Assembly: GCA_012295275.1 (NCBI GenBank)
Contig: CM022666.1
Span: 13,640,001 to 13,704,000, forward strand
DNA from: Chrysomallon squamiferum
Taxonomy: Eukaryota; Animalia; Mollusca
Direction of reading: 5' to 3'
DNA length: 64,000 nucleotides
The position numbers and the translations under genes were made by a program. Shown here piece by piece: positions 54,098 to 64,000 of the stretch (position 1 is the first letter of the stretch; every line of letters begins with the position of its first letter). The notes below the pieces were generated by a model. It made no database searches. It was not told the DNA's origin and was given only the letters and a program-made list of their open reading frames with translations.

Positions 54098-54493
54098 ATT
54101 AATATTATTATTATTATTATCGTGTTTCATTGTACTTCATTCTAATTTAATCATTATTTCATTTTCGGTCGTTCCCGCGTGTATTTAAGATAATAAACTA
54201 TTTTGCATTAATAAGGCACATTCACTTGATATTGCACGTAATAAAAGAAATACTGATCACAGATATTATGATTTTCAGCATATCTGAGATATTTAAAATT
54301 CATATCCACTGTTTTTTAACGTTTAAATGTTACTGTATATTTTCCCGGCCAGTCTTCTGTTTAATAGTCTGATGCGAACAGAACAAACGACATATGTTTC
54401 GTGTCTAGGGCCTCCAGTGAAAATATTTATGTTTCTAAATAAACATTTAAATATTTTTATCAGAGGCAAATGAGAAGTTTAATAGGGTGCAGT

Positions 54494-54659
<166 letters not shown>

Positions 54660-55179
54660 CAGATTGTATTTAAATCATTCTGCAGTTAGAACGTGTTTTA
54701 TCGCCTCTAAACAGTTACGTTGTAATAGGTCGTCTCTGCTGTCACATCAACTAACTCGCACAGTTGAAGGGTCGTGACGTAAGAAGCATCACAGCGAACC
54801 AAATATATCTAAATGATCTTTTCCCGATCTGCCAAGAGTATTAGTGAGGGGAAAAAAAAAAAAAAAAATAAATTTATTTAAATGATATATTTTGTTTATT
54901 TGAGTGTAAGTTTGTTTTATTATGCTTTTCTAAGGAATATTTTTTTTACGACTCTAGTATGTTCTATTAAGATATTAATGTGAAATTATGGCTAACAAAA
55001 AAGTGTCTAATGCTGTTAACCTCTTGATCCTTGCTTCTCGTATATGAAAACAAAGCCTTCATTCTCTTTCTAACTCTCTTTTTCTTTTTGTCTCTATCTA
55101 TCTATCTCTCTCTTTGTCACAAACAAACATGGATGCCGTTACTTATTAAAAATATAAACACACAATGCAAAAACGAAAG

Positions 55180-55218
<39 letters not shown>

Positions 55219-55226
55219 TCAAAACT

Positions 55227-55270
<44 letters not shown>

Positions 55271-55864
55271 AACACACACATATCCTAGCTCACTAATTAA
55301 ATAACACACACACATATGTGCTTGTCCAGATAAGCGTACTTTAACATCACGCGACGCTACCAGCTAATTGAATTGATCTAGACGGGACGTACTTGAATTA
55401 TTTACACCAATGCCCAAAAGGCATCCATATTACAGAATCTCCTTTCATTTATTTAATAAATAATTCACAGCCCATTGTAGAGGCTTTCCTTGTTTGTGTT
55501 TTATTCAAAAGCACGGGCGCAGATCACTTCAGCGGTCTAGAACAATAAAAACAAATGTAATATTAAACTGACACACGAGAGCGGTACGGTTGTGTTTTGT
55601 CGTCGTTAAAGACACAAAGAAAGAAATATTTACTTATGCCTGGAATAGAACTGAAAGACAAACAAGTCGTAAGCAAATGAAGGTTTATGTATCCATCAAT
55701 GATGTTGTTTTGTTTTTGTTTTTTTTTTTTTGTTTCGGTGATGTGTTTTGTTTTTATGATCGCGTGTCTGTTGGTGGGTATTTGCTTGTTTTTTTTTTTT
55801 TTGGTTTAGTACAAAATATATAAATAAATAAATAAATAAATAATAAATAAGAGTTAATAATAGG

Positions 55865-55978
<114 letters not shown>

Positions 55979-56325
55979 ATATAAACAAGTACAATATGTA
56001 ATATATTTTCACGCATCCCATATGTCGCATTTGTTTGTATTTTTTCTCTCTCTTCCCGCACGTTCATTTCCGCATCACCAGCTGAATCGCAACGTAAAAT
56101 AGAAAAATGATATTCTTGTTTCCATAACAATTTCATTTTTACATTCAAGCAGTCAGGAATTGTTACTAACAGATCAGACTTCGGCGTTCCATGATTAAAA
56201 TGATATTCTGAGCAAACAGTACACAAAGAAACAAAAAGTTCTTTATTCCTTTTTTTTTTTTTTTTTTTTTTTCTCCGAAACATTCAACAGGACTACAAAA
56301 CAGAAAATATCGCGTTGTACGGATC

Positions 56326-56343
56326 TGGCGGCAGGTGGCGCTG
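56326..56343 (+). promoter_or_regulatory. CTCF-like binding motif
   Basis: TGGCGGCAGGTGGCGCTG. The 3' core CAGGTGGCGCT matches the bilaterian CTCF consensus, while the 5' part deviates. Confidence 0.45.
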
Positions 56344-56871
56344 TACGAGATAATGGACTATTTACAGGGTTTCTGCATGCTTCTGTGATTCAAAATGACG
56401 GATCATTCATCGCGTCATGATTAGTCGTGTTCTTCTCTTTTTTTATTTCTTTTCATTCCTTCTTCCTTTTTTTTTTTTTTTTTTTTTTCTTTTTCCTCTG
56501 CCTAGCTGCCAGTACTGAAGATTTCAAAGCGAGAGATAAAAAGGATGTTTTATTTATTTATTAACAGTCAGCTGTTTCACTGGCTTTTGCCCAACGAAGG
56601 CGTGCTTGTACTTGTTCTGGAAGAATGTTGATGAAGAACTGTTTTCCGTTTGTTGCTTGGAACGGTGTCGTGAAAATATGTAAAGTAAAAAGTGAAAAAA
56701 TAACTTCAGCAAGCAAAAACAAAACTACAGCTTCTGCTTTTAAAGTTAGGAATTTAGTGAAAAAACAAAAAATGTATTCTTAGACAAAGCAGCAACAACA
56801 ACAATAACACTCATTCATACGCAAACATTGTTATTACAAGTTTAATATAAAAAAAAAAAAATTAATCCAAA

Positions 56872-56949
<78 letters not shown>

Positions 56950-57090
56950 GTGTCTCTTCAAATAAACACATAAATAATAATAAAATAAATAAACAAATAT
57001 TTCATACGAAAAATATTTATATATATTTAACAGTAGTAAAAACAAATTAATAAATAAACATTAAATCTGCTATACATACTGAACTACTAT

Positions 57091-57128
<38 letters not shown>

Positions 57129-57804
57129 ATAATAATAATAATAAATAATAAATTTAAAAGAGAACTAAACGTTGGCCTCGTTTCCAGACACTAACTTCCG
57201 GCAACCCGTTATTATTACAAACAGCCATCATTATTTCCAAGTGTTCTGCGATAAACGTATTTTCTCTTCTCTGTTTGCTTTCGTTTAACATTAAGTGTGT
57301 ATTTAATAGTTTCTTAGTTAGGAGAAGTTACAAGGTAACTCTGGAAACATCGATATTTTCTATTTTCGCAGGCGTGCAGTTTTCTTTACGCGTTTTTGGT
57401 GTTTATTTTCCATAACCTGTCCACGAGTGTCAACAAAACAAGATATTAACTCGTTTTCTCTCGTGTTCCGTCGCGATGAATCCAGCCTCTCGTTCAAGAT
57501 GTTCGTTTTTTATTCGATATTAAATTTATCAGCTGTTTTCTTTGCTATATTAGACACCGCGCAGTTGATTAACCATGTTAAACAATTTCCTTGGTTAAAT
57601 ATTAACTTTGACCAGCAAATGTCAGACATTTTTTTATTTTTTTTATTTTTTTTATTTATTTATTCGGTTTCGTACGTCTTATTTTACATTCATCTGTGTC
57701 ATTGGAGTACTTTTTGGTTTTTTTTTCAATGGACAAATTTGTTTAGTGTACATTTTCTGTCAATGTTTATCGTTCTGTTCTTTGACGTTGCTTTTGGTCG
57801 TTTG

Positions 57805-57845
57805 ATTGTTGTGACGTCATAATAGAAACAGAATGCTGACGTCAT
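57805..57845 (+). repeat. ~41-bp paired-CRE module, copy 2
   Basis: attgttgTGACGTCAtaatagaaacagaatgcTGACGTCAt. Confidence 0.65.
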
Positions 57846-58249
57846 GGTAAGGAATTCACAGAGGCGTTAAATGCTTAAGGAATAATTTTGTATAAAAACG
57901 GTTTAGAACTGTCGAATTTTTTCGGCATGTATGCTCTAATAATAACAATAATTAATCATTATTATAATTATTATAATAATTAAGCATTATTGTAATTATA
58001 ATAATTATTATAATTTTTTTTTTCTTTCGTTGTCGTGTTGGTTTTCTTATTTATATATTGATTAGAAGGGAGTTAAATCCAGGGTATTAAACTAGTTATA
58101 ATTTGTCTTTCCTTTCTTTCAACTGATATACAGTGCACAGATTTTGCATTCAGATAAATAAATAACATCTATCTATCTATCTATCTATATATGCTGTAAA
58201 TAATACGTAATTTTTTTTCAGAATTCTACAAACAAACAAACAAACAAAA

Positions 58250-58280
<31 letters not shown>

Positions 58281-58285
58281 ATATT

Positions 58286-58530
58286 AAATAAAATAAAATA
58301 AAATAAATAAAACTTATTTGGTAATTCAAGACTTTAGTATTGCTAATACAAGGTTTCAGCATCTCTATAAAGCAAAATAAAATAAAATAAAATAAATAAA
58401 ACTTATTTGATAATTCAAGAGTTCAGTATTGCTAATAGAAGGTTTCAGCATCTTGTAAAGCAAAATAAAATAAAATAAATAAAACTTATTTGATAATTCA
58501 AGTGTTGCTAATACAAGGTCTTGTAAAGCA
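58286..58530. repeat. ~85-bp tandem repeat, 3 copies
   Basis: aaataaaataaataaaacttatttg(g/a)taattcaag...ttgctaata(c/g)aaggt repeated. Confidence 0.85.
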
Positions 58531-59820
58531 GTTCTACTCGAGGTTTTTAAAACGGTGACTGCTGACAGCTTGTTCAGCGTGAACACAACGCAACGATCCC
58601 AGAGTGCATCGAGAAACCACGTGACGAGTAGATTGAGTTAAGCAATTTTCGATATTGCTGGTGGTTCTGTTAGAATGCAGCTTTAACTGAACTGAAACGT
58701 AATCGACAAGTTTATAGAAATGCTGAAACCTTTTTACGTAAGCTGGCTTACCGAAGTTTCTAAATGTTAAGATTCTGGATCATCTTGGAGTTTCGTTATT
58801 GCTCTTACTTTCAGTTTTAAAATGATTTTAGTCTACTTAAATATCCTGATAATCCGTTCGTCCCTTTTTCTGTCTGTTTCTCTGTCGGTCTGTCGGTAAC
58901 GTCTGTTTATCTCTATATCTCTCTGTATACAACATGAAGATGTGTAGTGTATTCAGGAATTATTTGTACTGGAAAGTAAGCCCCAATGACTGTTTGTTGA
59001 TTGTTAAAAGGTTCAGGTTTTGTGTGATTGTTTTTCTGGTGCGAGCAAAAAGTACAGCTTTCACAGACTGACACACATACACACTTATGATGGCTTTCAC
59101 ACCCACGCACACACACACAGTCACATACACTACTGTTTTGTGTAAAGATTGAAAATTCAAAAAAATAAAAAATAAATAAAAATGAAAACTAAATCTGATT
59201 ATAATGACGATCTAAAAGAAAATAAAGAAAAACGTTTTTTTTCTTGAAGAAAGCTTCCAATCATTGTTTGTAGGCTGTGAACGTACAAACACACGTCTCA
59301 AAATCAACAGCAAGTTTTTCAGTTCGTGTTCACCTCGCATCTCGGTGAAACAGGTGATTCTGTTTTTCCACACTTTTCCCGCCATCTCAGCTGTCGTCTG
59401 GTCTCAAGGGGCGGTAACTGGTGCGTCCGCTTGTCGACTCGACCTGTTTGTCATGTACGACATACCCAACCAATTTGTAGTGACGTCGAAGCAGACGTGA
59501 AGTCTGTTACACGCTAATGGTGTTGTATTCGCGGCGTTGTTCAGCGCAAATACCCTCCGAGTTAATGTTTCTGTAAATGAAAAACACGTGCGTGGGGATG
59601 TCTCGCATGCATTCAGCTAGACTGGGCGTATCTTGTTTCCATTTTCTTTTTTATTATTATAAATTTTTTTTTTTTTTTTTATTATCTTTGCATACTAAAA
59701 TGTCAGAAGTGTACTCTATCACAATTAGGTTTATGTTTGTATGCTTGTATTTAAGTGCTTGTTATGACCTTGTTCTATTTATGTATTTACTGAGAGAGAG
59801 ATAGACAGAGAGAAAGAGAG

Positions 59821-59888
<68 letters not shown>

Positions 59889-60764
59889 AGAGAGAGCTTG
59901 TAGAGAGAGTGTTTTATATAGACCTTGAGTTGGAAATATGGAGAAAGAGATAAACAGAGAAAAAGATAGAAAAAGAGAGATAAAGAAAGAAAGAATTAAA
60001 GTGAGAGAAAGAGAGATATTAAAAGAAAGAAACAAACAGATAATGCTTAGAGAGAAAAACTAAAAACATTTAGCATAATTTTGATACTGTAATCGATCTC
60101 AAACTCACCAACTAACTTCATTAAGTCGACGATTAACCAATAAAGCAGACAGACAATAGTTTAACATCCAAATGAGACATAATCGCCCCATTATGCTTTG
60201 TTGTAGAAACGTTTTTACAAACATCAGTGTCACTACTGCATAATGGAGACCGTGCAATATTAAATTAATATCAAGTCATTTACAGAATATTTGAATCGGC
60301 TTTCAGTCAGATGGAAAACGTTAAGTAGGTATGGTTTGCATTTTCTCTTAATAGCAGGCGAGTGATATCCCCCTGAAAGTATCCTTCAGTTTGAATCACT
60401 GTGAAATACCTTCCAGTTTACGTTAATTGCTGAAGAACGCTCTCTCTCATTATCTGCTTTTCATCTTTTATCTGACAAGAAACGCAAGTAAAAAAAAAAA
60501 TCAATTTTAAAAATGAAGACAGTATTTTTTTCGAGATATTTAAGAAGACTTAAAACTGAAAGCAGCTTCCATTACTGACAGAAGTGAAATGTGAATTATC
60601 TTAAAATGTTTTTGATTCACTAAACGTGGTGTTTAAATTTCTTCTTCATTGCTGTCGTCATCATCATCATCATCATCATCATCATCAACATCACCTTTAT
60701 TTCTCTACAAGTACTTCTACTATTACCACTATTATTATTATTACTGATGGTAATAATGGTAGTG

Positions 60765-61085
<321 letters not shown>

Positions 61086-61683
61086 AGTCAAGATAGTGGT
61101 GGTAATGGCACCAGTAACAATAAAGATGATAGTAACTGTAGAAGTAATATCAACTTCAGTAGCTGTATCATTCACACACACACACATACACACACACAAA
61201 CACATGCACAAACACATATACATATATACACACACACATGTATATATATATATATATATTTATTTATTTATTTTTATTTATTTATTATTTAGATAAATAA
61301 AATTAGTAACTGTTTATTTCTTCAGCTTATCCCGTAGCAGTTGTTGTTAATATTTTATAATGAATCACCACATTTTTATTATATATACACACACACGAAC
61401 TCTGTTTTTTGTCTTCGAGATCTTTCGTACAAAAAAAGAAAACATGTTGAAAAGAAAAAGAAAAAAAAGAAATAAAAATAAGCGCCAGCTTTTCTCATTC
61501 ATCATACGGCGAATGATTCTTACAACATGGAATGAGCAGTGTGTTTGGTTTAGCAATGAGCCGGAGAAAATGAGCTCATAATTCATCCAAACGACTAACC
61601 GTAGCCTGAATGGATAAACTAATTTCATACCTTAGTGTCAGAATGCTGCGAAAATTTCCTGTTCCGCCTCGCTGAGAAAACTT

Positions 61684-61982
61684 GGTTTCGATAATCGTAG
61701 TTGATTGAAAGAAAGACGGTTACTGTCTCGATAATCACAGATTATTCAAAGAGATAAAAATTTAGTTTCGATAATTAAAGAGGTAAAAAAAAAATAAAAA
61801 AAATAAACACGTTAGTTTCGATTATCATAGTTGCTTTAAGTGTATAAATTACAAGTTTCGATAATCATTGATTTTTCAGAGATAAAGCTTAGTTTCGATA
61901 ATTAAAGAGGTATTAAAAAAGAAAAATAGAAGGTAGTTTCAAAGTTGCTTTAAGTGTATAAAATACAAGTTTCGATAACAGT
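61684..61982. repeat. Degenerate minisatellite with a conserved GTTTCGATAAT core (7 cores), including a ~125-bp higher-order duplication
   Basis: Cores lie near 61686, 61726, 61765, 61815, 61855, 61893 and 61969. Confidence 0.8.
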
Positions 61983-62298
61983 AGATGCATTAACGGAATT
62001 CCCCGAAGACTTGTGTGATTAGAAAAATAGAGTTCAGCTGAATGTCGAAAGGATTTGATTTTTAATTTTGATTGAGACGGTTATTAGGTAAGTTTTGCTG
62101 TTAAGAAGATAATTAGGAATAGCAGGGATGAAGAAGCAAGAGCAAGAAAAATAAATATGCACAAAATTAAAAGTTTTACTGTTACGTTCTGCTGAATGTT
62201 TCTTAAACAAACATATGGTGGTCCATGATCGGTTACATACTGCAACATAGCAAGACATTTTTATTTTTTTAAATCTATTTTTCTCCGTGATAGTAAAG

Positions 62299-62341
<43 letters not shown>

Positions 62342-63277
62342 TTATTATTATTATTATTAATGTATTTACAATTATTACTACTACTAACATTACTGTTATT
62401 TATTTATTTACAATTATTATTATTATTATTTATATATTAACTACTATTATTACTACTACTGACCTTACTATTATTTAATTATTTATTTACAATTATTATT
62501 ATTATTGTTGTTATTTTAGTTGTTATTAGTCTTATTATAACCATCATCATCTTCATCTTATCATGATCCATCATCATCATCATCATCATCATTATTGTTA
62601 ATTTCCCACTGACTGGTTCCCATCCGTCTCAATGACAGGTGCTCGCTATATTGCTACGCCTCACTTTACGTTATCAGGCAAATGGTTTCCCCTGCTAGTT
62701 TCTCCATTTCGATTAACTCGCTGTTTCAGTGTACTAACAGTTGTTGTTTTTCAACACGAACGTCAATTTTGTCATCAATATTACGTTGGTCTCACTCTCT
62801 CAGTTTTTTTTTTGTTGTTGTTGTTTTTTCTCTCTCTCTTTTCCTGCTTCAAGCGATTGCCTTATCGGTGAATAATGATAGCGAAATGAAACAGGAGGAA
62901 CCTTAACGTTGTGAAGATAATACTGACAGAAGATGGGGAATAGTTTTAATTATTATTATTTTTTTTTTGCATCTTATTTTGTTTTACTATGGCTACTGAA
63001 ATGTAGTATTTGTTTGTTTGTTTGTATGTTTGTTTGTTTGTTTGTTTATTTGTTTGTTTGTTTATACATTTCTTCTTCTTCTTCTTCTTCTTCTTCTTCT
63101 TCTTCTTCTTCTTCTTCTTCTTCTTCTTCTTCTTCTTTTTCTTCTTCTTATTATTATTATTTAATTCTAAAACAAGTACTGCCTGGCATAATTTAATTTA
63201 ATTTAATTTTTTTCTTTTGGATTATTATTTAAAATTTATTTTAATCTGTTTATTTATTTATTTATTTATTTGTTTGT

Positions 63278-63316
<39 letters not shown>

Positions 63317-63372
63317 TTTTATTTTATTTTATTTTATTTTATTTTATTTTTTTTTATTTTATTTTAATTATG

Positions 63373-63432
<60 letters not shown>

Positions 63433-63709
63433 TATATTACGTATTTATTATGGCGTTTAATTTTATGTTGCCTTCGTTTTTTGTTTTTTTTATTCATCTT
63501 CGTTGATAAGCTCGGGGTTACCTGTGAATTTGATTTATTAAGATGTCCGCCACAAATCAAACTTCGAAATGAAATAAATAATTTATAACTTATCTGTCTG
63601 TCTACATAAAACCAATAAATCAAATCAGTATCTTGAATTTAAATAAGTGAAATAATAAAATAAATAAATTATAACAGTAATAAAAGAAAAACAGAACAAC
63701 CACAAGAGC

Positions 63710-64000
63710 AATAGTAGTAGTAGTAATAGTAGTAATAATAGCTGAGTAGAAGTAGTAGTAGTAGTAGTAGTAACTGTAGTAGTAATAATAGTAGTAGTAG
63801 TTGCAGTAGTTGTAATAGTAATAGTAGTCGTTGTAGTAGTTATAGCAGTAGCAATAATAGTAGTTGTTGCAGTATTAGTAGTAGATACAGTAGTAGTAGT
63901 AGTAGTAGTAGTAGTGTAGTAGTAGTAGTATTTGTAGTTGTAGTAGTAGTAATAATAGTAGCAGTAGTTGTAATAGTAATAATAGTAGTTGTATTAATTG
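63710..64000. repeat. Degenerate (AGT)n tract
   Basis: Direct reading. Confidence 0.9.

Overview
AT-rich, microsatellite-dense animal genomic DNA with GT-AG spliceosomal introns. An invertebrate, plausibly a mollusc, is an inference only. Five protein-coding genes can be built by hand from splice sites and reading-frame continuity. (1) The 3' part of an S28/PRSS16-like serine peptidase (+, 1-4664). (2) A 15-exon USP deubiquitinase of about 1350 aa (-, 11484-23711) with a RING-like zinc finger inserted inside its catalytic domain. (3) Mitochondrial rhomboid PARL (+, 26161-33807), head-to-head with the USP. (4) A RING/B-box/coiled-coil TRIM-like gene with a single coding exon (-, 35951-37417). 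(5) Head-to-head with it, a TRIM-like gene of about 1990 aa (RING, 2 B-boxes, coiled coil, long disordered linker, filamin-like Ig, SPRY-like; +, 42070-50272) whose giant exon is broken by three -1 frameshifts. Other notable signals: repeated tandem duplication of exon/intron boundaries in three genes, a candidate unannotated TATA/CRE-driven minus-strand spliced transcript at about 6-7.4 kb, two MITE-like foldback elements, and a sharp switch from CpG-depleted to CpG-retaining sequence. No coding exon was found from 50.3 to 64 kb. Most short ORFs in the supplied track are microsatellite or antisense artefacts. All coordinates were read by eye, and no database searches were run.
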